63,830 nt of DNA, filler included, from Lenisia limosa (GCA_001655205.1; 8 parts of 8 records of this genome joined end to end with filler, not necessarily neighbours in it), one strand, 5' to 3'; positions 26,329-39,273 are shown, numbered from the whole stretch's first letter. Program-made: numbers and translations. The notes: generated from the letters alone by a model not told the origin.

Positions 26329-26572
26329 GTATGGGGCTGCTGAGGGCTCGTAGCGGGTTGGGTCGCCTTGTCTCCATATTCTAGTGGTTGCCTTTTTCTA
26401 CTTTTTTTCATTTTTCATTTCTACTTCAGTATTTTTGGAGTTATACAAGGCATTCCTACGGTCAGCAGAAAGATCGGGAAAAATCGATGTTTAATCGAGG
26501 ATTTATTGAGAAATTTTGACTTTTTTGGTGCCGAAGGGAAGCCCTGATTATACCATGGTTAAAGCATGATTA

Positions 26573-26660
26573 GGGCTTCACTTTGGTTCGAAAAAGTATG
26601 GTAAATCGATAGTTTTCGAGGAGTTATCGAGAAATCCAGTTTTTTTGAACCGAAGTGACA
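26573..26660. mobile_element. MITE family A copy (a type-B-ended copy lies just upstream at ~26448-26544)
   Basis: TA|GGGCTTCACTTTGGTTCGAAAAA...TTTTTGAACCGAAGTGA. Confidence 0.75.
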
Positions 26661-27441
26661 AGTGATGACAGTTTCGGCCAGATACTCACTTTCTAACCTG
26701 TATATGTAAAATCTGATCTTCAAATCATTACAGTAATTCCTAAAGAAAGCAAGTTAGTAAGGTACTCATGAGAAATACAAGAGTTTCTTGAGAGCCGGAA
26801 TAAGGCTCAATAAGTAACAATCCCGGGAAACAAAGTTATACATTGGGGCATCATAAACAGGAAAACAGTGTACTTTGCTGCATTTCGGAGATTTTGTTTT
26901 ATGCTTTTAGATTGCCCAATACAAAACAGATCCGAAGGAGTCCAAGCCTAAGTGTATGCTGAGGGTTGTTTTGTGGGATTTGGTGTGGTCCCAAAAAGAC
27001 CGAAATTCCCAATAAATCCTCGATAAGTATAAATATTTTACCGAGCAGAAAAATCAATACCTTCCCTTCATGATTGTAAGAAATACAAAGCAATGTTAGG
27101 CCTATGGGTTTCTGTTTTCAACTTCGTAATAAGTACGATTCAGCTCATAATTAGATTGTCCTTATGATCCAAACAACTAGGACTCCGTGCGATTAATTGG
27201 AGATATTAATTAACAAAATTTCAATTTGAATGGCGAGTCCCCATTACGAATATTTCCCACTTTAAATTGTGAAACTAGTTTTTCAAATATGTGCAGCCTA
27301 CCAGGAATACTGATAGATTATCAATAGTTCTCTTGAAGATGCATTCCTGTTTATCCAATAAAGCCCCCCCAACCCATATTTCTTGCTATTTATTTCGATG
27401 GGACTATAAATGTATCTTTCTGTTTAGCGACTGGCCGGGCT

Positions 27442-27541
27442 NNNNNNNNNNNNNNNNNNNNNNNNNNNNNNNNNNNNNNNNNNNNTTAATTAATTAANNN
27501 NNNNNNNNNNNNNNNNNNNNNNNNNNNNNNNNNNNNNNNNN
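27442..27541. other. Artificial scaffold spacer
   Basis: 44 N + TTAATTAATTAA + 44 N. Confidence 0.97.
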
Positions 27542-27886
27542 CTTTAGCGTAGTGGGAGTATTTCCTTTTACATGGGAGGAGGGAGAGTTGTGAGCAGTAA
27601 CATGGAGGTGGTTTAGCCTAAGCTTCTCATTTTTCAGTCTTTCACCGATGTAGTCTTTTTCTCGCGATGGTGCAAGCGCCTCATTTGTACACAACAATGA
27701 GGTAAGCAATTGGTACTAAGAAGGATGTTTGTTGCCCCCCACTATCGTGAACTATATGCACTCACCCCCCACCCCCCGTACGTTGGATGGAGCGATGGGA
27801 TGCGGTGCNNNNNNNNNNNNNNNNNNNNNNNNNNNNNNNNNNNNNNNNNNNNNNNNNNNNNNNNNNNNNNNNNNNNNNNNNNNNNN

Positions 27887-27997
27887 TTTTGTGTTTCATA
27901 AATTGTCCAGTTGTACTCCCCCCTATCGTGAATTTTGTGGTTGTTTCGGTTTTTTTTTTTCATAAAGGTTCCAATTATTCCGTCCTCCCTATTGCAG
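27887..27997 (+). repeat. Intron-resident repeat, duplicated 3' part of module B ending at a YAG
   Basis: TTTTGTGTTTCATAAATTGTCCAGTTGTACTCCCCCC...TTTTCATAAAGGTTCCAATTATTCCGTCCTCCCTATTGCAG. Confidence 0.6.
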
Positions 27998-28071
27998 TTT
28001 TGTTGTTCCATCCCACCCAGAATGAAATTCAAAGATAAGTTTTCCCAGAGTTTTATCACATTTAATCTCTT

Positions 28072-28205
28072 GGGCTCTGTGCAATAAATTTTTGAGGAAA
28101 TTAATTGACAAAACTAGAAATTAAAGTGTCTGAAATGGGGTTGTCGTTACAAAATGCCCCACTTCAAAAGTTGAAATTATTTTGGCAATTAATTGCACGG
28201 AGCCC
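28072..28205. mobile_element. MITE family E (TIR GGGCTCYGTGCAATWAATT)
   Basis: GGGCTCTGTGCAATAAATT...AATTAATTGCACGGAGCCC|TA. The core AGAAATKAAAGTGTCTGAAATGGGGTT recurs at ~40285, ~43845 and, reversed, ~10490. Confidence 0.75.
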
Positions 28206-28509
28206 TAATTTCCTAGGACTACTTCCTTGATCTCCAACACGTTTCTATGGACAAGGTAAATTGGAATAGGCCTTTGGTAATGCTGACCCTTATCCACTAG
28301 TGATATTAACTAATCCTTATGCTTCTTCAGTTTTGGAATTATAATCTTAATCATTCTATCGAACCCACAATATTGAATCATATCAACTCTCTTAACCATT
28401 CTTCCCAAGTTTATCTACAGTTTTCGACTTTCTTAAATATTCTCAATGTTTGAATCCAAACATTCAGAATATATTAACCTCACTTCAACGATGTCTATCT
28501 TACTACTTG

Positions 28510-28586
28510 CAGTGACCTGGGAAAGTCTTGACCTATTTTCCTGGGAAATCACAAAGCAAATCGGTCAAGACTTATCCCAGTCACTT
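28510..28586. mobile_element. MITE family D (TIR CAGTGACCGGGATAAGTCTTGACC)
   Basis: CAGTGACCTGGGAAAGTCTTGACC...GGTCAAGACTTATCCCAGTCACT. Confidence 0.8.
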
Positions 28587-29959
28587 TATATTGTTTTTAT
28601 CTTATCACTAAGATCATCACTGATGGATTCCAACCTGTGCTGAACATCAAGGGTGTCGAAACTGAAATTCCCATTGATGAGTATGTCCCGATAAATGGGG
28701 GGTTCATGATCTAACCAGACGGAAAAAGACTAAATGTTCACCCATATCCAGTAGTGTTTTGATCATAGTGTGTGTTCGACAAATATGCCACAGGATATTT
28801 CTCAAACTGGAATGAAGCCCTCATGTTACTTTTTAACGCTCTAGTCTGGTGCATGAGGACTTCTGCTTAATGGAAGGCCTGGCTACAAAAAACAACGTCT
28901 GGGAGGTTCAAAGCATTTCTCGAAAATCATCGATATTTTTGAACCGAAGTAAAACTCCTAACGGTAACAATTGTCAAGATAGCACATGTGGATATGGGAC
29001 CTGACGCATTTAGAATGAAACCGGCCATGTTACCCTTCAAGCTTGCTACGGTGTTCACGGCATTATAAATGTAAGAACAAGGTCAAATATGTTCAAAATG
29101 TATGCCAAATGCCGTATCCAAATGCTTATAGTGTTACTTATATTAGCTAAATATGGCAGCTTATGGTGTTACCAATGAAAACTAAACTGGTTAAGTTGTA
29201 CTATATGATATGTACATATGATATTCTCTTGAGTTTTGCTTGTTTATACTCTAACATAAGCAGTTACTTAGATAGAAGGTTCTGTGAAGCCATATTCGAA
29301 TCCCTTCTGAGACCTCTCACCAAAGTAGTTCCCTTCCATGACCCTGTCTCTGGACAACCCTCAAAACACAACCCCATCCAAAAGACGCGGAAATGAATTG
29401 GTCTGCACTTTTATCAATTTTTCCTCATACCGTCGCTATTAATCTAACTAATATCATATTTTCCTCAAAAAGAGGGCTTATCTCTTGCACCCCCACCCCA
29501 TTGTGTTTTTATCTCGTTTGTTTTACAAATGCGTAGCCAACAGAGTATATTTTGGGAGGTTTCATAAATTTTCCTGAAACGTGTTTTTGATGCTTTTCTT
29601 GTTTGTGTCTCTTGGAGTGTTAGAATATTCGGTTACTTATTTGTACCTTTACGCCAGTATTGTATTTCCATTTTTCTCCCCATTCCCAAATGCTTGGCAA
29701 ACTGAATTGTTTTTGGCTTTTTGTTTCATAAATTTCATAATTTGAAGCGAAGAAAAGCTTCACCATTGACGAACATGCTGTAATTGCGCATTGTATCCCC
29801 TTACTATCGTCACAACTACGTGAATGAAACATAAAATGATCTAACTGGTGAAACTTGGTAACCCCCCCCCTTCAGAACGTTGCGGTCACAAAGTACTCAT
29901 CGGATTTTGTGATGCAGCCTCTTGATGAACGAAGATCGGAAAGTGGTGGGTGGTGTGAT

Positions 29960-30065
29960 GATATGGTGGTGATGCTGGGTAATGATGATGTTGATGATGG
30001 TGATGATGATGTTGTTGTTGTTGGTGGTGGTGGTGGTGATGACCGTGATGTTGGTGACGTGGATT
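29960..30065. repeat. (GAT/GGT/GTT)n trinucleotide low-complexity tract
   Basis: Direct reading. Confidence 0.85.
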
Positions 30066-31827
30066 GTGGGTAATTTATGTTAAGTGAAGTAAATTGGGTG
30101 GTAGGTAAGGCAATAATTAACGGCTGTGTTTTATTTGTTTCACGTTCAAAACCGATACTGTACCTCTCAAACCTTTTCACACAGAAGATGAAGGCTTCAA
30201 ATGTGGTATGACCGAAGCCGACTTGAAGTTCGAAGTGGGGGGGGGGGGCGNNNNNNNNNNNNNNNNNNNNNNNNNNNNNNNNNNNNNNNNNNNNNNNNNN
30301 NNNNNNNNNNNNNNNNNNNNNNNNNNNNNNNNNNNNNNNNNNNNNNNNNNNNNNNNNNNNNNNNNNNNNNNNNNNNNNNNNNNNNNNNNNNNNNNNNNNN
30401 NNNNNNNNNNNNNNNNNNNNNNNNNNNNNNNNNNNNNNAAGAGGGAAATTGTTCAGAAGTAGGCTGTTGTTTATTTGAATTATATCATTCTTCTACCTAG
30501 GTTTATTATCTATTTAACCCTCTAGGTACCTTTACTATGACTTAAATGTTGACGAAGCCTTTGTAAATTGTGAGGGTACTAGTACTATTTGTAAATTGTG
30601 TGTGCGTGTGAAAAGGGGGCACAATTAATTACTCATGTTCTTATTTCTACCCCTCTCAAATACTCAGTCTTTTTCCAACTAGTACAGCTTTACTGATTTT
30701 GTCGAGTATTATATTATAATATGTAATTCTTGAGAAATTGAATTTAAACCCTGAGTTCATTTACTAGAAATCATTTTTAACCTCTTTATCCACCCATTCA
30801 TTTAGAAATTGAATATAACCTCTTCGTCTATTAACTTAGAAATTGAATTTAACCTCTTCGTTTATTATTTCTAACCAACTTAGAGATCAATTTTTACCAT
30901 CTATTAGGGCACAGAGGAAACATTCCTGCACTCTACGCGGATGTGCTGTTTCTCAAATACATTATGGAGGTTGGTTGGACAGGTTTGGCCATAGAGGGTT
31001 GTGCTATTGATTTGGTGGTTGTAAGGTTTGGTTGACACTTCAGAAACAAGATTCAAATATTTTTTAAATGAGTATTGATCAACTTTATCCATATCAACAT
31101 AAGTACATATGATATCACATTAACCATCATTTTGACTGCTGTGAACAAATATTTTCCACGGGGTGATGTAATATCACATCGTTTATTATTGACAAAAGGT
31201 CTCAAGGGTACTGAAACACTAAGGATGAACCTTTCATGTGTTGTCAAATACCTAATTGTACCAGATGGGAATAGCCTCAATGCGTCCTGGTAACTTCCAA
31301 ATCAACATGCGATGCTACCGTATGGTCTTGTTTGTCGGTATGAGGGCCAGTTTTTGTTCATGGATATAGGGGGGGCTTGTTTATGGTATGTTTGGGAGCT
31401 GTACATATCTTTACAGTGACCATAAGAAATATTGACAGATTATCATGAATTCAGTTTGATAGATAGGTCAAGATGTAATGGGTGCATATGCGGTGTCAGG
31501 CTTTGTTTGTAGGCTCTATAAATCTGAGTAAACAAATTCTCACTTTTGGGTCACTTTGATACTTTTGGGTCACTTTGACACTTTTGGGTTATTGTCCACG
31601 AGGGCTGGGTGGGGGGGGGGTGCCAAAAAAAGGTAACGTATGAACATCAGAATGGGGNNNNNNNNNNNNNNNNNNNNNNNNNNNNNNNNNNNNNNNNNNN
31701 NNNNCCTGCATTGCACTTTCGTCAACACCTTTAGAGGGAGATCCGTGGGATGCTGTAATCGCTCACTCCTCAGGATACGACTATGTCGACTCACACGAGT
31801 ACGCTTTCTCATTTTGCTACATATATA

Positions 31828-32649
31828 TGCTTCGACACTAAACCCGAATTTTTATAAACAGTTTGAAATAATAACCAAATGAAAAATTTCACACAAATTC
31901 CTGAAATTTGGCACTCCGGGCCGGGCGCCCGGGCAATTATTCTTCAAAAATCAGGACTAAATCTTGCTACTGTTGTCATTTTGCGATGTTCTTAGATTTG
32001 GAATTAAGTTTGCGGAAGTTTCATAACTTTTGCGATATTTTTTGATTTGGGACCTAAATGTTCCAGAAAAATTTGATACTTGCCTAATTGAGAAAACAGG
32101 GTTGAAAAGGTAAAAAAAAACGGTCATTTCATCATACGGCCCTTTAAAACTTCTCATGACTTCAGAAACATAAAGCCAGACTCCCAAAACCCTTAAAATG
32201 GTCGAATCTGATTTTAAAATAGCGTTAGTAGGCTCGAGATATAAATCCTGACATTTTGATTGAAATTACCAAAAATCTCTAATGTTCCACAGTTGCTAAT
32301 TTCAGTCAAAATGTCAGGCATATTATCGTGTTTCTGTTTTTGAAGGCATTCAAAGTTTTAAAGGGCCATATGATGAGAAATGACCGTTTTTTTCTACTTT
32401 TCAACCCTGTTTTCCCAATTAGGCAAGTATCGAACCTGGAACATTTAGGTCCCTAATCAAAAGTTATGAAACTTCCGCAAACTTAATTCCAAATCTAAGA
32501 ACATCGCAAAATGACAACAGTAGCAAGATTTTGAAGATAATTTGTGTGAAATTTTACATTTGGTTATTATTTCATATTTCCAATGGTTTTTAATTGTAAG
32601 AGGGCAGTTTATAAAAAATCGGGTCAAATCGGGTTTAGTGTCGGAAGCA
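31828..32649. mobile_element. Foldback-type non-autonomous element, ~820 bp, with ~300-bp inverted arms
   Basis: TA|TGCTTCGACACTAAACCCG...CGGGTTTAGTGTCGGAAGCA|TA. 31961-32170 is the reverse complement of ~32325-32532 apart from short indels. An inner hairpin CCTGACATTTTGA...TCAAAATGTCAGG lies at ~32247-32320. Confidence 0.85.
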
Positions 32650-33276
32650 TAATATGTGTTTTATATGATATATCGATATATTATATATACACATCTGTCG
32701 AAGCATTTTTTTCAAAAAACACTAGCAATGGCCTATACAAGGTGGTGTCAACTTCAAGCTGTCCGAGAGTTTTGATGTGTCCGGGAATTTTGAATGATGT
32801 CCGGAGCTTTGAGGACCCACATATATATATATATATATATAGTATATATATCTTTAGAAAAGAGACATAAATGATGATTATATATACTATGTAGGAAGTA
32901 GATAAAAATAGTTAAATAATTAAAATTTTCGTTTTTTTTTATCAGTCGGACACTTATAATTTTCACTTAGTATATATCTTTTGTTTTTTTTTTGGGGGGG
33001 GGGGGGGTNNNNNNNNNNNNNNNNNNNNNNNNNNNNNNNNNNNNNNNNNNNNNNNNNNNNNNNNNNNNNNNNNNNNNNNNNNNNNNNNNNNNNNNNNNNN
33101 TTTATTTCTCATTTGTACATATACGTACACGTATATATTAACATATATAAATATAATATGGGTGAATTGATACTAAACTGTAATCCAGTATCTCTGATAA
33201 GCGTGATGGTGTGGACCCAGATACATCCTTTTGTAGACATATACATATGATATTTAATTAGCTATNNNNNNNNNNC

Positions 33277-33929
33277 GGCCCCGTGCTTGCTGCTAGAGTA
33301 TGGGTGTATTAACTTTTAGTATCATATTCCTAGACAGAATAAGTCTTATTTTTTATTTCTCATTGCTATATATCTTAAAAGAATATTTGGGTATAATGTT
33401 TTACTTTAGAATTTAGTGTAAAACAGTAACAACACAAAATATTAACAAAGTGTGTATGCATTGATAAGAATGACCAGTAAATCTTATTTTCCTAGGCCGG
33501 ACTCAACATTTTGGATATTGGCATTCCTCTTCTGTCCATGCACTCCATCAGAGAAATGCTCTGCGCTAAGGACCTTGAGGACTCTGTTACCCTTTACAAG
33601 GTGGAGGGAGGCAGTTTGGTGTTTTGTTTCATGGAATTTATCATCCACATACCCTTTCTCCTGGAGTGCAGATGCGANNNNNNNNNNNNNNNNNNNNNNN
33701 NNNNNNNNNNNNNNNNNNNNNNNNNNNNNNNNNNNNNNNNNNNNNNNNNNNNNNNNNNNNNNNNNNNNNNNNNNNNNNNNNNNNNNNNNNNNNNNNNNNN
33801 NNNNTTTCGTAATTTACTCCCCACAGTATTGAAATTGCAATTGTCATTCCCCTTTTTTTTGCTTACCCCCTGTAGGCATTCTTTGAAAAGTGTACACTCA
33901 CCAGCCGTGTTGAGATTGACGAGTGGTAG
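33277..33929 (+). CDS. DNPEP: Aspartyl aminopeptidase (peptidase M18), last three exons
   Basis: GPVLAAR|AGLNILDIGIPLLSMHSIREMLCAKDLEDSVTLYK|AFFEKCTLTSRVEIDEW* contains the M18 C-terminal D.G.P.LSMHS.RE motif. Exons are 33277-33297, 33496-33600 and 33876-33929. Confidence 0.85.
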
Positions 33930-34645
33930 TTTACTGACCTTGTTGAAATGGGAGGTAGTTTACTGACCTTGTTGAATTGGGAGGTAGTTTACTTAATGAA
34001 TTGGGGGGGATTATATAATATTTTACTTGAGGTGTACTGTCTCTAAACAACGTCTTCACTTCTGAAAAGCCCTTTTCAATAAAGGAGAACCGNNNNNNNN
34101 NNNNNNNNNNNNNNNNNNNNNNNNNNNNNNNNNNNNNNNNCCACGATTTATTTCCACTTCCCATCACCATCACACAAACGGGGACACCAAAAACTAGAGT
34201 CAATCTGTAGCTCTTCTATCAAGTTTCTTCTCCCAAGTTGCAATTAAAGGGGATGAACTAGAAACTAGCCTTACGGGGGAAATACTTATAACCCTAGGGC
34301 TGAAACACTCTGAACGTGGCTGAAGGTAGGTGTGGCGATGTGGCGTAGGTAAGTGGCGAGAAGACAAGTAGAGTTGCTGAGCTGTTGCTGAGGAGAAGTG
34401 TGGTTTGGGAGAAGTTGTTTGGCAGCTTTCTCAAGGACGAAGATCTAGAAGATCTATTCTGTGTTGCTCCTTTGTTCCGGTCATATTTTTTTTCTTGGTA
34501 TTATGCAGATCAAGGTTTCAACTTTAAGTTGCTGTAAAATTTGGTGTAATATTTTTGAGAAACTCTAAAACCACTCTGGGTTGGGGAAAGATTCATCGCA
34601 ACCCTTAGCTAAAAGGAAGGTAGAGATAAAGCAAAAAGGAGCTGT

Positions 34646-37600
34646 TTACATCTCGTCATCGGAGTCGACAGGCTCGTCATCGCTGGAAATGTCGGAGAGG
34701 TCGTTGATGGCGATCTTCTCCTACTAGTGTTAACATGGGAACATTTACGAAACAAAAAAAACTCCTACTAGTGTTAACATGGGAACATTTACGAAACAAA
34801 AAAAAAGCCTGAACTCTATGTTGGCAGCATCCAATCACCAGCGTACCTCAAGGGTCTTCTTGCGGGTCTCAATCTCCTTCTCGTTGTCGATTTTCTTCTG
34901 AGCCGAGGAGGCCTTGAAGGCGTCGAGCTTCTCGTTGATGACCTCGATCATCTTGGTGGCTTCGGCCTGGGGGGTAAAATTGGAAAATTTATGAAACAAA
35001 AAAAATCCAAATCAACTCTGTTGGCTGACAACACACAAGGGTTGATAACAACAAAATAAACAAAGCCCAGACCAGTCGCTTCGGGGGATGAGATGCAGGG
35101 GTGGGCGGAGTAAACCGAATGAAATTTGGACGAAGAATAGTGGAGTGAAGGTACTAATTACGAACCGAATGATATGAGGGAAAGAAGAGAGCACAACAAT
35201 CACAACGCCAACCTTGGTGGGAGGGGGGTTGAGGCCGAGAGTGCCGAAGTCGTGGACGGCAGTCACGGAGTGCGAGAAGGTGGCGTCCTTCTTGCTGACA
35301 TTCTGTGGGGTGAAACCATGGTCAATTCATGGAAAAGACTTCCCGTAAACCCCCCCCCCCCCCAAGTANNNNNNNNNNNNNNNNNNNNNNNNNNNNNNNN
35401 NNNNNNNNNNNNNNNNNNNNNNNNNNNNNNNNNNNNNNNNNNNNNNNNNNNNNNNNNNNNNNNNNNNNNNNNNNNNNNNNNNNNNNNNNNNNNNNNNNNN
35501 NGTTGGCTGACAACACACAAGTATCGTCATGCCAGCTGGAATTTAATAAGGATTATCCTTCGCAAGTGCCTTTTGACGCAAGGTTCGTTAGAATTTTATT
35601 GTTTTAATTGCGAAAAGACAAATACTAGCTGATAAACATTTGATTTACGATAGCATATGAGCACAGACTTTGAAAACAAGAGCATACGATACGCCAAAGT
35701 GACAATTAACACTAGTTTACCAACTTTTGGTTGACGACATTATATACAATATAAAAGCCAATGTTAGCACTAGTTAATCTGAAAAGTTATGAGCTAGCAG
35801 GCCCTTTGCTTCTATCTGATGGTAGTATAATGCAATGGTATAGTACTACATAGCAGACCTTGCCGGAGGCGGAGACGGTGGCGTTCTTGACGTTAGTGCT
35901 GCGGTCCAAGGTAGTCTCGGTGGGAGCGGGGGCTGGCAATGTAAGGGAGAGCGGGGTTGAACAATAAAAGAAAAATATTTTAAAACTAAGAAAGAGATGA
36001 AAAATGTTTTGTACGGGAGAGGGGGGTAATATTGATTCTGATCCTGCCGGCAGGATTATAGCAATTAAGGCACCCCCCCCCCCCGGGCACCNNNNNNNNN
36101 NNNNNNNNNNNNNNNNNNNNNNNNNNNNNNNNNNNNNNNNNNNNNNNNNNNNNNNNNNNNNNNNNNNNNNNNNNNNNNNNNNNNNNNNNNNNNNNNNNNN
36201 NNNNNNNNNNNNNNNNNNNNNNNNNNNNNNNNNNNNNNNNNNNNNNNNNNNNNNNNNNNNNNNNNNNNNNNNNNNNNNNNNNNNNNNNNNNNNNNNNNNN
36301 NNNNNNNNNNNNNNNNCTACTTCTCGAGACGCTTGCGGTGGCGGGCGATGTTGTTGGCCTTGTGCATGTCGGCGTTTTGGAGCTTGCGGTAGGCCTTGAT
36401 GTAGGTCTGGAAGCGGTCGGTCTCCTCCTTGTTGACCTTCTTGGTCTCGCGGAGCTCGTTGTAGAGGGCGTTGAGGTCGTTGCGGACAGAGTCGCGTTCG
36501 GCAAAGAGCGCCTTGATCTGGGGAGGGCGGCGATGAGGGGGGCAAGGGAGAAACAAAATCAGAAAAAATAAAAAGGATGGTGAAAAATGCTCTTGTTAAT
36601 CGGTGAATGGTGACAGAAACGTCAACTCCAGCCTACTCTGGCCTGCTCGGGCTTGGACTTCTTGAAGGTGTTGTCGAGAACCTCAGCGAGCTTCTTCTCC
36701 TCACCCTTAGAGTTGTCCATCTCGGCGTTCTTCTCCTGCATCTTGGCGAAAGCGACGTCCATAGCAGCCTTGAGGGACTTGATCGACTCTTCGAGCTTGG
36801 CGGCGGCGGCAGCGTTGCCTTCGGAGGCCTTGAGGGTCTTGATCTCTCCAAGGATCTGGCGCTCCTCGAGACGGTTGCCGGAGGAGTTCTCAAGCTTCTT
36901 CTCAAGGGCGCTGAGGGGGTTAGGTTGGGAGGATGGGTCAAATGCGGTTGGTCCGTTAGAGGCGAGATCATCCTTGGTGACAGATTGTGATGGAGAAGGG
37001 AAGCCGAGAATGGCCGCTGACGGAAAGAATTACCAGCAAATAGAGAAAAACCGCATGTACAAAACGATAGAAAGGAGAAAAGGGACCCTCATACGCGACA
37101 CGCTTCCTCACTTCCTCGACGGTGATGTTGTTGTTCTTCTTGGCGCGGTTCTTCTTGCTGAGTTCGATCTAATCCAGTTAGTACGGCTAATAAAAGTAGT
37201 TCCCAAATTCTTCGCAGAGAAGGAGGAAAAAATAACAAAACCTGGTTTATGCTGCAAACAAGCCACATACCTTCTGGTTACGCTCGGCCTTGAGGGTGTT
37301 GAGCTCATTACGGAAAACATCACGTTCCTCGCGGAGCTTGGCAAACTTCTCACGGTATTCGGTGATAGTAACACGGGTCTTCTCCTACAAAAAAGTAAAT
37401 AAAGGTCTCAACAAAGAGTAAATCCTACAATTCCCTTCTTGCGTTCCTCGTTCTCGTCCTTCTTGTCATGGAACTCGTTGATTTGGGTACGGAGAGAGTC
37501 CTGAAAGGATAAAGCTGTCAACAAAAAACAAAAAAACTCACTCTCTTGAGAGTAAGCTCCTTGATTTTGTCATTGAGACCATCAATCTTGGCAGTGAAGG

Positions 37601-38025
37601 CCTTCTTGTCCGGGGCCTCAGCCTGTTGTGTCAGATATAATTTAGTGAATGAACAGAAACTTCAATTTTCCCTCCCATTGGCAGTAATAAGAGTAGTGTT
37701 TATTTATAACAAGGATGAAAGTAAAACCAGCATACCTTGGGAGGAAGGGATCCCTCAGGAACTAAAAAAGGTCAATTTTAAAAAATATCTCAAATATCAG
37801 TGCAGTAGGCATATCACTTGATAAAAGCCAAAAGACAGAAAAAATATCTTTGTGAGCAAATTTGGAAAACTAAATTATGCAGGATAAGTCGTGAAAAAGT
37901 CATGTTCTGAGGGAGAGACCCAATTAAGAATTGTGACATCATGAAGAAAAAAAGATTCACTCAAAATCCAAGAAATGCATACCCTTGGTGGGAGTTTCCT
38001 TCTCAATTACGTTCTCGTTTGACAT
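34646..38025 (-). CDS. Long coiled-coil protein, BFR1/PPI1-like, multi-exon
   Basis: ATG at 38025 (MSNENVIEKETPTK) and strongly biased codons. Segments LEERQILGEIKTLK, IKALFAERDSVRNDLNALYNEL and the C-terminal FSHSVTAVHDFGTLGLNPPPTKAEATKMIEVINEKLDAF resemble my recollection of the Bfr1/PPI1 layout. Acidic tail ends at TAA 34646-34648. Confidence 0.65.
34967..35175 (-). repeat. Intron-resident repeat (modules A+B) filling most of intron 34967-35212
   Basis: Sense strand ...TTCGGTTCGTAATTAGTACCTTC...GACTGGTCTGGGCTTTGTTTATTTTGTTGTTATCAACCCTTGTGTGTTGTCAGCCAACAGAGTTGATTTGG...TTTCATAAATTTTCCAATTTTACCCCCCAG|GCC. Confidence 0.85.
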
Positions 38026-38236
38026 TCTATTACTTCTGCACTAACACTGGGTGAAAGGGACTTGTTTTTTGAAAATAATTGGTGAAAAAGGAAAATCGAA
38101 ATTAGTGACAAAAGTGACAGTCCTTTTTTAGTGAATGCTAAATTTCCCACCTCCTCATTTATCTCTTGTATATTTTTGATAGCAGGCCACCTAACATTTT
38201 GTTAAGCGGGTACATCATCCATAAAACACGATAACT

Positions 38237-39030
38237 ATGGAAGCAGAGCAGACCAATGAACAGATACCCTTCAAAATTGTCCCTCTTGACGGTGACGGGG
38301 CCGAAGAAGCGTTAGAAATGATCTTAAACGGCGAGGCAGGTGCTGTCCAAGATTGGGTGGAGGAGGGAGGCGACCCAAACGCGTGGATCCAGGTTGGTGT
38401 GGGGTCACAAGCGTTTTATGAAAGATATGTGTGGCTGATGTTTGTGCATTTTGTTATATTATTGGTCTCATTGATAATAATCACTCATGTCAAACTTATG
38501 GGAGCGGGGACGGGGNNNNNNNNNNNNNNNNNNNNNNNNNNNNNNNNNNNNNNNNNNNNNNNNNNNNNNNNNNNNNNNNNNNNNNNNNNNNNNNNNNNNN
38601 NNNAGTCGGCACACGTGATGGTGGGGGTGGCTTCGGCCTGATACTACGGACACTATTAATGTGATGGTGTTGGTGGATTCGGCCTGATGCTACTGAATCT
38701 ATAAACGTGATGGTGGTGTGGGTGGATTCGGCCTGATACTTTTTTTTGCATATTATCAACGGCTTGCGGATAGGTTATACCAGTTCCAGTGTTTATATTT
38801 TTCATTTTATAAACTGGACTGGTTTATTCTATATCTACTGGCGTTTCTAATTGTCTTATGTTTTAATGTACAGTGAGCAGGTGATGTTTTTACATCAATA
38901 CATGTAGCATGTAATTTATACACGTGATTTATCAATACAATTACCGTGGTGAATTTCATGAAAAAGGGCTCACATTTGCTCCATGCCGCCGCCAGCACGG
39001 GGAACAAAATCACCCTCGGGGTGCTGCTTC
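38237..39030 (+). CDS. Ankyrin-repeat protein, 5' part, cut by a scaffold end
   Basis: MEAEQ...EGGDPNAWIQ ends at a GT donor. A later exon, GSHLLHAAASTGNKITLGVLL (38967-39030), fits the ankyrin T.LH.AA..G consensus. Confidence 0.6.
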
Positions 39031-39130
39031 NNNNNNNNNNNNNNNNNNNNNNNNNNNNNNNNNNNNNNNNNNNNTTAATTAATTAANNNNNNNNNNNNNN
39101 NNNNNNNNNNNNNNNNNNNNNNNNNNNNNN
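39031..39130. other. Artificial scaffold spacer
   Basis: 44 N + TTAATTAATTAA + 44 N. Confidence 0.97.
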
Positions 39131-39273
39131 GCTAAAACAAGACAAAACCAGATGACAAACACACAAAACAAGCCCGAGCCAGCCTTTGAAGAGTCCCACC
39201 ACCGCTCGATCAGGGTGAGGGGTAGGAACGAGGGCGCAGAAGCATGATAATTTGTTTATGGTATCTAATTAGG

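Noticed and set aside
30904-31330. Possible second intronless foreign ORF relic
   Set aside because: Only 60-75-aa fragments in different frames, with no recognisable motif.
36607-37402. Long + strand ORFs (127 aa and 249 aa) and alternate-frame - strand ORFs
   Set aside because: They are antisense or off-frame shadows of the strongly codon-biased BFR1-like gene. The same applies to 24795-25136 opposite the Lys/Glu-rich gene.
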